From the sequence record OR228459.1: a DNA stretch of 64,000 nt; one strand, given 5' to 3'. The position numbers and the translations under genes were made by a program. The notes beneath the pieces were generated by a model. That model saw nothing but the letters and a program-made list of their open reading frames with translations. It was not told the origin of the DNA and did no database searches. Each line of letters begins with the position of its first letter. Positions within the stretch are counted from its first letter, which is position 1. Below, piece after piece: positions 1 to 9,251 of the stretch.

Positions 1-2
1 CT

Positions 3-95
3 ATCCGCACGTTGAATGGTCAAATACAAGACATGAATCGTGAAATTGATCAACTAAAAGGGATATTGAAAATAAATGGAAACAACTACTTATAA
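3..95 (+). CDS. 3' end of an upstream ORF (partial, coiled-coil-like)
   Basis: Open frame from window edge (IRTLNGQIQDMNREIDQLKG...) to TAA at 93-95, overlapping the next start. Confidence 0.4.
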   Translation: MRTLNGQIQDMNREIDQLKGILKINGNNYL

Positions 96-708
96 GAAAG
101 CTAGAACTGACGTTGATATAGACGTTCGCAATTCCAAAGAAGTAATTGAACAATTACCATGTGTGAGAAGTGTTGAAATCATTAATGAAGATGGTTTTCT
201 AGTACATAAGAGTGGGATTCATTTTGATAACATACCAGTAGACCCTATTACTGGATATGCGAGCATACCATATAAAGAAGCCGAAAGATTAGGATATCAA
301 AAGGTTGATATACTGTCTCAATCGGCTTATATGTATGTTCGTGATCGTGAACATTTAAAAGAATTAATGGCACGTGAGCCAGATTGGTCATTATTATTAG
401 TTCCAGAAATTGTTGAACAATTATCTCAGATTAAAAAACATATTTCATTATTACAAATATGGAAACCAAGTTCTGTTGACGAATTAGCTATGTTTATTGC
501 TATGATTCGTCCGGGCAAACGCCAATGTCAGAGCATGAATAGTTGGGATGAAGTTAGGGCTACGATTTGGGATTATAGTACAATAGGGCTTGACGGGGAA
601 GGTAAGAAACAACGTTATTTCAAAAAACCACATGCTTATGCATACAGTCTAATGATTGTTGTGCAATTAAATGCTTTAGTTGAGCATCTTATGTCTTCCT
701 CTTCTTGA
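76..708 (+). CDS. dnaE: DNA polymerase III alpha (DnaE)-like protein, C-terminal half of a split enzyme
   Basis: TDVDIDV (cf. PDFDVDF), HKSGI (HAGGV), KVDIL (KFDFL), IAMIRPG (ALFRPG) and FKKPHAYAY (FNKSHSAAY) occur in DnaE order. Confidence 0.8.
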   Translation: METTTYKKARTDVDIDVRNSKEVIEQLPCVRSVEIINEDGFLVHKSGIHFDNIPVDPITGYASIPYKEAERLGYQKVDILSQSAYMYVRDREHLKELMAREPDWSLLLVPEIVEQLSQIKKHISLLQIWKPSSVDELAMFIAMIRPGKRQCQSMNSWDEVRATIWDYSTIGLDGEGKKQRYFKKPHAYAYSLMIVVQLNALVEHLMSSSS

Positions 709-1042
709 GGGTAATATTTCTTCGTTTGATTCGTTTAGTTGGCAAATCACTAAGTGATATTGCCGGGCCTGATATAAAGGTGACACTATCGGTATTAAAA
801 CGTTGAGTATAATTTTCGTAAGTCTCCATCTCTTCTTGCATAAAGAGGCAGATGGGGATTGACCGATTGCTTTGCCACCACCAAGTATCAGCTAGATCTA
901 GCAGATCTTTTTGATGGGATTCTTCCATTAGATGGAAACAGTATAAAGTTGTATATTGTTTACTCTTAATCTTTATAATCCCATAATAGATATTCCCGTC
1001 ATGTTCCAGTACTGTAACATACGGTGGGTAAGTTTTACACAT
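689..1042 (-). CDS. hypothetical protein (probably late)
   Basis: ORF; start moved to ATG 1042 because a GGAG SD lies 8 nt upstream; TATAAATA on the minus strand upstream. Confidence 0.7.
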   Translation of the reverse strand: MCKTYPPYVTVLEHDGNIYYGIIKIKSKQYTTLYCFHLMEESHQKDLLDLADTWWWQSNRSIPICLFMQEEMETYENYTQRFNTDSVTFISGPAISLSDLPTKRIKRRNITLKKRKT

Positions 1043-1085
1043 TAATAGGACTCCCATAAATATTATATAGTTTAAAAGTACATAG

Positions 1086-1093
1086 TATTTATA
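1086..1093 (-). promoter_or_regulatory. T4-type late promoter TATAAATA
   Basis: Exact TATAAATA on the minus strand about 45 nt upstream of the 1042 start. Confidence 0.55.
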
Positions 1094-1104
1094 GAGGTAA
1101 ACTA

Positions 1105-2076
1105 ATGGCACATTACGGCGTTTATACGTACCCGACTAATAATGAAGTAGCACTTGGCAACTTCAACTTACCTTTCAATCAAGAAAAGGTTGTAATTTAT
1201 CGTGGTGCAAACAATTCATTATCCTTTTCAGTACATAACGCTGATGGTAAGTATACCTTACTACGAGACGATGAATATTTAATTTTTGCAATTTTTGATG
1301 CTCGAAACAATACAAAGATTTATGATGTATTGCTAGAGAAAATATTACCCTCATGGGTATCTGAAGCTGGTCAAGCAAGGCCAACATTAAGTAATAAGAA
1401 AAAAGTGTATTACGGTTGCGTAGTCCCTGCTGGCGTTATTCAAGATTTAAGCCCCGGTTCGAAGTATCGTTGGACAATTCACAAAGTTCGTCTAAATGGT
1501 GATCTTGTCGAACCAACAGAATTTCTGTATACTGGATTAGGTTTTGAAGCTAGTGCAGAATTGATTATTAGTGATCAAGCTGCACCGGTATTTGTTGCAT
1601 CCCAAGAGATTAGTGCGGCGAAGAATTCTTCATGGCTACCGATTGCACACAAATCAGAGCAACCCATTGCAAATGGGGTAAAAGGGGATTACGAAGTATT
1701 ACACTCTTCAGCTATACGTGCTGGTTGCCAGTACGGTTTGGTTGAGGGCTTAAGTACTATCGCATTCTATTTTCAAAACTTTATCGGTCGAATTCAACTT
1801 CAAGGTTGTTTGGCTAATAATTCTCCAAATGATAACGAGGAATACAAGTGGTTCATCATTAAGCTAGATGGAAAAGAGTACATCGAAAGTGGCTGGGATG
1901 AACATGGTGCACCAAAATCTATTGATGGAATCCAAGCCTTTAACTTCAAGGGGAATTATATGTGGGTACGTGCGGTTTGCTGCATCCCGCCGTTAGTACG
2001 ACACTATGAACCAAACGAGGTGGTCAAGTATTACGAACCGTTGAAGACTGTCCCTAAAATTTTAATCAGACGATAA
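1105..2076 (+). CDS. hypothetical protein, possible virion structural protein
   Basis: 323-aa beta-rich ORF with GAGG SD; no catalytic motif recognised. Confidence 0.6.
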   Translation: MAHYGVYTYPTNNEVALGNFNLPFNQEKVVIYRGANNSLSFSVHNADGKYTLLRDDEYLIFAIFDARNNTKIYDVLLEKILPSWVSEAGQARPTLSNKKKVYYGCVVPAGVIQDLSPGSKYRWTIHKVRLNGDLVEPTEFLYTGLGFEASAELIISDQAAPVFVASQEISAAKNSSWLPIAHKSEQPIANGVKGDYEVLHSSAIRAGCQYGLVEGLSTIAFYFQNFIGRIQLQGCLANNSPNDNEEYKWFIIKLDGKEYIESGWDEHGAPKSIDGIQAFNFKGNYMWVRAVCCIPPLVRHYEPNEVVKYYEPLKTVPKILIRR

Positions 2077-2078
2077 AG

Positions 2079-2109
2079 TTGGGATGAACCTGAAAAAATG
2101 TGATATAAT
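2079..2109 (+). promoter_or_regulatory. phage-specific GGGACA-class promoter (variant) upstream of primase
   Basis: TTGGGATGAA-N9-ATGTGA-TATAAT; 17-bp spacer. Confidence 0.7.
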
Positions 2110-2133
2110 CAACCTATATGCGAGGATGAAATT

Positions 2134-3192
2134 ATGAATCAGGTTCAAATTATTGTGGCAAACTTGATGCAAGATCCTGTACCAGCAATGGGAGCATGGA
2201 AGCATCATAATTGCCCTGCATGTGTATTCAAAGGTCAACCACGCCCTGATACACGTGGACGTGGGAACCACGTCTTTAATAATGATGGTGGAATAGGTTA
2301 TAACTGTTTCAACTGTGGTATTAAAGTAAACTGGCAACCCGGAAGGTATATGAGCAACGATATGGAAACGTTGCTCATTTCGTATGGTGCGTCAGATAAA
2401 GATATTGCCTTTATTAAACTTTTCATTGATGAAATGGTTAAGAGTGGAGAATACGAGGTTGAGGAATCCGCCTCGAATAAGTTATTCCAGCGAATAACAA
2501 AACGCGAGTTACCACCTGATGCAAAGAGTTTTGCAGAGTGGGCGAGTACTCCAGATATTGAACGCTTACAGCCTAAGTTCATTAGTGTTCTAGAAGCTGT
2601 TAATATGCGTAATCCATATCTACTGGACTTAGATATCTACTGGAGTCCATCAAAAGAACATCGTATGTATGATAGGTTTATTATACCTTATTATATGCAC
2701 GGTGAAGTAATAGGTTACACTGCTAGACACAAAGATATGGATAGTGATTATCGCTATGTCAATCAAGTAAGTACTAGCCTTCTTTATAACTTTGATTTGC
2801 TCAATGATGAAAGAATTAAAGTTATATTTGTGGCAGAAGGCCCGATTGATGCTGCCTTAATGTGCGGTGTATCTGCCAATAACTATTACCTCACAACTGC
2901 TCAAATAGAACTATTGAAAGCAGCACAACAAAGAGGTAAAAAAATAGTTATAGTACCAGACCGTGACAAAGATGGTTTGAAAGCGATTGACCAAGCAAAG
3001 GAACATGGATTTGCAGTATCGTTCCCTGATTATGGTACAGTCAGACAACCTGACGGAAGGGGAATCCGTCACATAAAAGATTTAGATGAAGCATGTGCTA
3101 AGTATGGTAGGTTATTCTGTGTGCAGTTAATACACGCTAGCATAGTAGAAGACCCATTTTACATTGAAGTACAAAAGGGCAAATGGATTTGA
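2134..3192 (+). CDS. DNA primase (T4 gp61/DnaG-like)
   Basis: Zn finger CPAC...CFNC, TOPRIM motifs EGPIDA and PDRDKDG; directly upstream of helicase. Confidence 0.9.
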   Translation: MNQVQIIVANLMQDPVPAMGAWKHHNCPACVFKGQPRPDTRGRGNHVFNNDGGIGYNCFNCGIKVNWQPGRYMSNDMETLLISYGASDKDIAFIKLFIDEMVKSGEYEVEESASNKLFQRITKRELPPDAKSFAEWASTPDIERLQPKFISVLEAVNMRNPYLLDLDIYWSPSKEHRMYDRFIIPYYMHGEVIGYTARHKDMDSDYRYVNQVSTSLLYNFDLLNDERIKVIFVAEGPIDAALMCGVSANNYYLTTAQIELLKAAQQRGKKIVIVPDRDKDGLKAIDQAKEHGFAVSFPDYGTVRQPDGRGIRHIKDLDEACAKYGRLFCVQLIHASIVEDPFYIEVQKGKWI

Positions 3193-3203
3193 GGAAAGAA
3201 TAA

Positions 3204-4748
3204 ATGGCTTTAGTAAACACGGACGTTAAACAATATGGAATTAACTATCAAGAGTATCTACTTTCACAGGTTCTAAGCAATCCAGACATTTTTGTACGTT
3301 GTAAGGGTATTCTTAAACCTGATTATTTTGATAAGGAATTTCATAGCAGTATTACTTTTGTGCATGAGCACTCACAAAAATATAATACCACTCCTACCTT
3401 AGATGATATTGAGTTTAAAGGTGGTTATCGTTATCGACATACACCTGTGGATGCATTAGGTGAGCAAGCAGTACTGGATGATATTGGTCAGTTTTGTCGT
3501 CACAAAGCACTAGCTCTAGCAATTCAACAAGGTATGGAATTAGTAAATCAGAAGAAGTATGGTGGAATTGAAGAACTTATTCGTGAAGCAATGCTAGTAA
3601 GTGTTCAAAACGAATTAGGTCTAGACATTTATGAAAACCCAGAAGAAGTAATCCGTTCATTGAATATGAATCAAGGTTCATTCAAGACTGGTTGGGAAAC
3701 ATTAGATTTTAAACTATACGGTGGATTCGGTCGTCAAGAACTAGAAATCTTCGCTGCGGCATCAGGTGGTGGTAAATCTGTAGTACTACAAAACTTAGCA
3801 GTTAACTTCTCCAAACAAGGTAAAGTTGGTGCTTATATATCTCTAGAGCTAGCAGAAGAACTTGTTGCAGTTCGTATCTATTCAATGATGGTGAACAAAG
3901 ATAACAAGTCTATTAAATCTTCACCCGAAAATGCAAGTATTCAGATTAAACTAGAAGAGAAGACAAATGGTTCTTTACGTATTCATCGTATGCCAGAATC
4001 GGTTACTACCGTAAATGATATTGAAAGTTATCTTCGTGAACTACAAATTAAAACTGGTCTAAAGTTAGATTATGTTTGCGTGGACTATCTTGATCTATTA
4101 ACATCAGACCGTTGTGGCCCAAATGATAAATCTAATGCGTTCGTTAAAGATAAGTTTGTATCAGAAGAATTACGTGCACTTGCTATGAAAATGGATATCA
4201 CAGTCGTCACTGCTTGTCAGTTTAACCGTAGTGGTATTAGTGAAGAGAAGAAAAGCCAATCACAAATCGCTGGTGGTATTTCTAAAATCTACACAGCAGA
4301 TAACGTAATCTATATTGAAGCTCGCCGCGAAACTGGTGAAATGTGGTTCGACTTCCAGAAAACTCGTAACAGTGGTGCAGTAGGATCTCGTCTACGTATG
4401 TCATATAATACTGACAGTCTACGTGTACTTGACCATAGCATTACAGTACAGCAAATGGAAATCGATGGTTCTGGTTTCAAACACTCAGATGGTTCTAACC
4501 CTGCGAAAGTAGGTGGTGGAAACGTCACTGGAGCACCCGGAGTGCCACTACAGCAATCTCCAATGCAGATGCTACATAGTCACTTCCAAAGCTGTCAAGC
4601 AGCTTCTACGGCGGCTCCAGATGCCCCTGTACCCCAATCTCCCGGTATTCAAGATACTTCTAAATCATCTAGTATAAATACTACAAATGACGCTAGCATT
4701 AACAATGAAAACATGTTAGCCATCAGGAGTTTATTGAATAGGAAATAA
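3204..4748 (+). CDS. dnaB: replicative DNA helicase (DnaB/T4 gp41 family)
   Basis: Walker A ASGGGKS, ISLEL, VDYLDLL, TACQFNRSG, KTRN arginine finger; low-complexity C-terminal tail. Confidence 0.92.
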   Translation: MALVNTDVKQYGINYQEYLLSQVLSNPDIFVRCKGILKPDYFDKEFHSSITFVHEHSQKYNTTPTLDDIEFKGGYRYRHTPVDALGEQAVLDDIGQFCRHKALALAIQQGMELVNQKKYGGIEELIREAMLVSVQNELGLDIYENPEEVIRSLNMNQGSFKTGWETLDFKLYGGFGRQELEIFAAASGGGKSVVLQNLAVNFSKQGKVGAYISLELAEELVAVRIYSMMVNKDNKSIKSSPENASIQIKLEEKTNGSLRIHRMPESVTTVNDIESYLRELQIKTGLKLDYVCVDYLDLLTSDRCGPNDKSNAFVKDKFVSEELRALAMKMDITVVTACQFNRSGISEEKKSQSQIAGGISKIYTADNVIYIEARRETGEMWFDFQKTRNSGAVGSRLRMSYNTDSLRVLDHSITVQQMEIDGSGFKHSDGSNPAKVGGGNVTGAPGVPLQQSPMQMLHSHFQSCQAASTAAPDAPVPQSPGIQDTSKSSSINTTNDASINNENMLAIRSLLNRK

Positions 4749-4751
4749 TAC

Positions 4752-5033
4752 ATGTCGAGTGATAAGAAAACACTTCTTGATAGTATCTTTAACTATACGC
4801 CAGAAAAAAGTAAATTACAGAATTTTAGTACTAAAGCAGATCATGCGATTAATTCTGTAATTAATTTGCTTGAGTATATTGATACTGAATTTGGACAAGA
4901 CGATGCAGACGATCTTAAAAAGCGATTGTTTCTAAGTATTAAAAACAGGGATTATAAAAAATTCCAACGTGGATTAGATAACATAGCTCTTGATGAAAAA
5001 CGACAATCCAAGGGAGGACGATTAGATGAGTAA
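4752..5033 (+). CDS. hypothetical protein
   Basis: 93-aa ORF tightly packed after helicase. Confidence 0.7.
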   Translation: MSSDKKTLLDSIFNYTPEKSKLQNFSTKADHAINSVINLLEYIDTEFGQDDADDLKKRLFLSIKNRDYKKFQRGLDNIALDEKRQSKGGRLDE

Positions 5034-5190
5034 GAAACTCAAAGAAAATGCTTCTTCTGGTGCGACGAGTGCAGGGAGTATTGCATCTGTTAGTACTGGA
5101 TTACATTTTCCACTAATGAAACGTTTACCGAAGACAATACTCTTTGGTGGCTATACTGAAGTGAATATGGAGAAAAAAGATAAGAAATGA
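5026..5190 (+). CDS. small 54-aa protein not in ORF track (MSKKLKENASSGATSAGSIA...)
   Basis: GGAGG SD, ATG 5026, TGA 5188-5190 overlapping next ATG (ATGA); fills the gap exactly. Confidence 0.75.
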   Translation: MSKKLKENASSGATSAGSIASVSTGLHFPLMKRLPKTILFGGYTEVNMEKKDKK

Positions 5191-5588
5191 AACCATACAC
5201 ATTCTACACGATAAACACGATTGTAGATATTGGTGATGGTAGTACTCCCGCAATTATTGATGGAAAGTTTACTGGTGCGATGAATCTAACACGGATTGTA
5301 CAATCTGTGATGGAATATGACTATCCAATGATGGTCAGCATAGTAAGGAATGAAGTTGATTTGTCCAAGGGTAACAATTCTGATTTCTACGCATTACCTG
5401 CATCATGGGGTAAATGTATTGTTAGTACTTTAAAATTTGCATTACCTGTTGATGTGCATATACAATTGACTGGAATACCATTAGTACTCCCCACTGTAGT
5501 TAATAAAACGAGAATCACAAGATTTAATCTAGCATCAAGTACTCGTAATACAAGCATAACTAAACAAACTTTTTCTATGAGTAAATAA
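5187..5588 (+). CDS. hypothetical protein
   Basis: 133-aa ORF, ATGA coupling. Confidence 0.7.
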   Translation: MKPYTFYTINTIVDIGDGSTPAIIDGKFTGAMNLTRIVQSVMEYDYPMMVSIVRNEVDLSKGNNSDFYALPASWGKCIVSTLKFALPVDVHIQLTGIPLVLPTVVNKTRITRFNLASSTRNTSITKQTFSMSK

Positions 5589-5615
5589 CGGAAAGGTTTT
5601 CTTTTTGGAGATACA

Positions 5616-6551
5616 ATGGATATTCAACAAACTGCAACGGAATTGCAAAAGTTCGCAGATGCGAATGGTTTGCAGATGGATGTATCTACAGTTTTAGATA
5701 GTATGGATGCAGGGGATTTTGTTGCCCTAAACCAAGCTATGGATAATTCTGATAATCATTCCATTCTTAAAATTTTACAAAAATATAAATCTCGTATATT
5801 CGAGAGTTATCAATATTTTAGTGGTATGTTACTAACTGAAGATGAAAGTATAAATTTAGTTAATGACATGACACCAGATGAATTGATTGAACATTACCGT
5901 ACTATGGAAGGTATGATTCATGAAGTTGATCACTTAACTTTACAAGAAATTCGCACTTTAGTTTATGAAGATTTAACTACACAGTTACGTGCTAATCAGA
6001 TTGTTGGTCGTAATACTACTACACAGCAACAGCAAGTAAATCCTCAAACACAAGCTAAAGTTAAACAAGCTAATATTCAGCGTAATGCGAATAATAGTTC
6101 GTTTAAAGTTTCAGTACCGGGCAATCAACAAGGTACGCAGGAAATTGAGCCAGTGGTCGGTATTGATCCGGGGCCAACTCCACAACAAACATTGGTTGTA
6201 ACCAAAGATCAAAATAAACCTAATGAACTAAGTGTTTATGGTTTAGATGATGTTGAAACTGTACAAAATCAAGGTACTACCACAATCAGTGAAGAATTAT
6301 CGCCCCAAGAAGCCAATGATGAAGTAATGGGGCCACCATCTGGTAGAGATAATATTGGTGGAGGCCCAACAACCTTTACTAATACTGCTGCTGGTATGGG
6401 AGCAATTCGACAAGCGATTGACGATGCTGTATCATCTGAAGTTGAAAATACTGATGGTGAACAAAGTCCATTGGGTAATGATGCTACCGAAGCTGGTAAT
6501 GATATGATTGACCAGATTATTGACTTCTGCACTAGAATGAGAGGTAGATAA
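5616..6551 (+). CDS. acidic Q/N-rich protein, possible prohead core/internal protein
   Basis: GGAG SD, upstream AGTAAATA, several L-x-E sites. Confidence 0.55.
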   Translation: MDIQQTATELQKFADANGLQMDVSTVLDSMDAGDFVALNQAMDNSDNHSILKILQKYKSRIFESYQYFSGMLLTEDESINLVNDMTPDELIEHYRTMEGMIHEVDHLTLQEIRTLVYEDLTTQLRANQIVGRNTTTQQQQVNPQTQAKVKQANIQRNANNSSFKVSVPGNQQGTQEIEPVVGIDPGPTPQQTLVVTKDQNKPNELSVYGLDDVETVQNQGTTTISEELSPQEANDEVMGPPSGRDNIGGGPTTFTNTAAGMGAIRQAIDDAVSSEVENTDGEQSPLGNDATEAGNDMIDQIIDFCTRMRGR

Positions 6552-6772
6552 TGAGAATAGCCAAAAGTGAATTTGGCGTTTCGGTAATGGTATCTAATGA
6601 AGAATATCGTGTTATTCGTAAAATAAAATCATTGGGCCGTGTCAATCGTGACATGGTTCCTGATTACTATCAGGAAATTGCTGATAAATTAGTATCTCGT
6701 GGAGTTCTAAATAGAATAGAAATTGGCGAGAAAGAATACTATGAACCAGTGAGGATAAAGAAAAATGATTGA
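6551..6772 (+). CDS. hypothetical protein
   Basis: 73-aa coupled ORF. Confidence 0.65.
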   Translation: MRIAKSEFGVSVMVSNEEYRVIRKIKSLGRVNRDMVPDYYQEIADKLVSRGVLNRIEIGEKEYYEPVRIKKND

Positions 6773-7505
6773 TAGAAACGAAGTTAACAACATTATGGAT
6801 ATGCTTGGTTCTCTAGATGAAATCGAAGCAGGAACTAATGCACCCGTAGCGTCACAAGAATCTTTTAATGCAACTCGTGATCTTCTAAGTGGACTAAATG
6901 ATATTGGTCTAGCGTATGGTAACTTATTAACACCAGAAAATGCAGTACCAGATCAAATAAGTGAATCTCAATTATATGAGAACTATGACGATTTCGAAGC
7001 ACAAGAAAGATTAAACCACATTTATGGACAAGACCCTAATGGCGTTATTAATTACGAACAGGGTAAACCACAAACTAAATCAGTACAACAAACTTTTAAA
7101 CCAAGTATTGGTTCACCTAAAACTGCATGGTCATTGGTGGAAGAAGTTGCTCCCGGAACAAAGAGTACTAAAGTCTATAGTATTCAATCCAACCATAGTG
7201 GACAAAAGATTATGGATGGTATCATGATGTACGAAGCAGCCTTGACTCTAACTAATCTTCTAAATGAAGGTCGTAAGATTAATGATACTAAGATGCTAGG
7301 CATTATTAGTTCAGGATTGCAGTACACTAATGTTGTAAACGAAGGCATTAAAGCCGCTCGCGAACGACAAAAAGTACTTAAAGAATCTCGTTATGATGAT
7401 GCGAAAGACCTTGATATTATTATTGCAGAAAAGAAAGCGGAAGCGTACAAGTTAAAAGAACGAGTACTTACCTTTTTGCAAAAAGAAGGTTACATTAGTA
7501 AATAA
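6765..7505 (+). CDS. hypothetical protein, possible head-associated
   Basis: 246-aa ORF overlapping the previous stop. Confidence 0.65.
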   Translation: MIDRNEVNNIMDMLGSLDEIEAGTNAPVASQESFNATRDLLSGLNDIGLAYGNLLTPENAVPDQISESQLYENYDDFEAQERLNHIYGQDPNGVINYEQGKPQTKSVQQTFKPSIGSPKTAWSLVEEVAPGTKSTKVYSIQSNHSGQKIMDGIMMYEAALTLTNLLNEGRKINDTKMLGIISSGLQYTNVVNEGIKAARERQKVLKESRYDDAKDLDIIIAEKKAEAYKLKERVLTFLQKEGYISK

Positions 7506-7536
7506 ATTAGAATTTAATCTTATAAGGAAATAAGGA

Positions 7537-8157
7537 ATGTCTAAACAATTCAAAAAAATGATGGAAGCCGAGTCGAAAGCAGAAGCTCTAACTCTTGTTA
7601 AACTAACCGAATCTAACATTGAGAAAGCAGAAATTGTACTCGCAGTTAAAGGTGAAATCGTGGATAAACTTCAACGCCAAGCTGAAGTAATTAACAACAT
7701 GGGTGTTGACGTACTAGGCCCACTACTTGATCGTATTAAAGCAGAACATGGTATTGAGAGTGCTGATGCATTTCGCAATAATATCAGTGGACTACTTGAA
7801 CAAGCCGTTAAAACTCTAATGGATGTTAAAGACAAGATCAGTACTGAAACTCTAAAACTAACTGGTGATATTACTAATGCACCAGACGTTTCTGATATTG
7901 GCGGTGAAGATGTATCTCTAGATATTGATACCCCTGATTTTGATTTCGAAGGTGATGCTGAATTCAGCGATGATCTAGTAGAACCAGTTCCAGCAGAACG
8001 TGAAATGCGTGAAAGTGTTAAACCACGTATTGGGTTAAAACTTGAAAGCAACAAAGGCACTATCGGTACTAAATTCTTCGAATCTAAGACTGAAGCTAAA
8101 AAGTGGCTAACTGAAAACCAAAATAAAGTAAAACGTGTAATTGGTTTCACCAAATAA
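7537..8157 (+). CDS. acidic helical protein, possible prohead scaffold/core
   Basis: AAGGA SD, upstream AGTAAATA, N-terminal KKMMEAE leader. Confidence 0.55.
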   Translation: MSKQFKKMMEAESKAEALTLVKLTESNIEKAEIVLAVKGEIVDKLQRQAEVINNMGVDVLGPLLDRIKAEHGIESADAFRNNISGLLEQAVKTLMDVKDKISTETLKLTGDITNAPDVSDIGGEDVSLDIDTPDFDFEGDAEFSDDLVEPVPAEREMRESVKPRIGLKLESNKGTIGTKFFESKTEAKKWLTENQNKVKRVIGFTK

Positions 8158-8169
8158 GAGAGGTGCTAA

Positions 8170-8499
8170 ATGAGATTCAGTGATTTAACTGAAGAAGCAC
8201 CCGCAAAAGATATTCGCAACATGATTACCAGTGTTGCGTTATCTCTAGTAGCTAGTGGGCGTGAAAATGTTAGTGTGCAATCTCTAATTGCAGAAATTAA
8301 AAAACGTACTAACATTGATGTTCCTTATAATGTTATGATGGATATCTTAAACTCTTTGCCATTTGTACAGGATGCCAATTCTGATATGGTACAATTTGCT
8401 GGTGCTGATGAAAGCAGTAGTGAAGAGGGTGAAAGCTCAGAAGACATTGTAAGCGATATGGCTACAAAAGCTGCAACCAGCAGCATGAACCAAAAATAA
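8170..8499 (+). CDS. hypothetical protein
   Basis: GAGG SD; MRFSDLTEE leader. Confidence 0.65.
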   Translation: MRFSDLTEEAPAKDIRNMITSVALSLVASGRENVSVQSLIAEIKKRTNIDVPYNVMMDILNSLPFVQDANSDMVQFAGADESSSEEGESSEDIVSDMATKAATSSMNQK

Positions 8500-8530
8500 T
8501 TGAGACAAAACAGAATAAATGTGCTATAAT
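8500..8530 (+). promoter_or_regulatory. phage-specific GGGACA-class promoter upstream of exonuclease
   Basis: TTGAGACAAA-N9-ATGTGC-TATAAT; 17-bp spacer. Confidence 0.8.
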
Positions 8531-8543
8531 AGGAGTACAACGG

Positions 8544-9251
8544 ATGTACACACCACCTATGATTGAACGGTACACTTATCTCGGTTATGATCGTATCGAA
8601 GGCGGCCCAGAAGGTCGCCTTTATGCTACCCCTACCGGGAATCTACCGTCAGTTACTACCATCTTGAGTGCTACCTCAGATGATGAAGGACTAAAACAGT
8701 GGCGAGCATTCGTCGGTGAACAAAAAGCAAATGAAATAACATTGGAAGCAACAACTATCGGTACGTTCATGCATGAGAATTTAGAACGCCGTTTGATTGG
8801 AGAAGAAGATCATTTGGGCGGTATGCCAATTCGAGTGTTAGCTCGTAACATGGCAGACGTTATTCAGCGTGAAGCATGGCCTAAAATCAATGAAGTATGG
8901 GGGCAAGAAGTTCCTTTATTTTATGAAGGTCTTTGGGCTGGAACTACTGACTTAGTAGGAATGCACGATGGTATACCAACGATAATGGATTACAAAAACT
9001 CTCGTAAACCTAAGAAATGGGATAAGATTGAGAACTACAGATTACAGACCGCAGCATATGCATTAGCACATAATCAAATGTTCGGTACTGATATACAACG
9101 TGGAGTAATCTTTATCTGTGTTCGAGAAGACCCAAACAATCTTCAGTACCAAGAATTCGTAATTGAAGGACAGGACTTTGAAGATGCGAAAAAAGGTTGG
9201 ATTGAAAGAGTAGAGCAATACTATATTATGAGAGGCGATATTACAAAATGA
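8544..9251 (+). CDS. PD-(D/E)XK exonuclease (Cas4/MGME1-like, no Fe-S cysteines)
   Basis: LPSVTTIL, GTFMH, AGTTDLVG, IMDYKNS, QTAAY motifs. Confidence 0.85.
   Translation: MYTPPMIERYTYLGYDRIEGGPEGRLYATPTGNLPSVTTILSATSDDEGLKQWRAFVGEQKANEITLEATTIGTFMHENLERRLIGEEDHLGGMPIRVLARNMADVIQREAWPKINEVWGQEVPLFYEGLWAGTTDLVGMHDGIPTIMDYKNSRKPKKWDKIENYRLQTAAYALAHNQMFGTDIQRGVIFICVREDPNNLQYQEFVIEGQDFEDAKKGWIERVEQYYIMRGDITK

Noticed and set aside
8544-9251. True Cas4 or CRISPR adaptation module
   Set aside because: No Fe-S cysteines, no cas1/cas2 and no array in the window.
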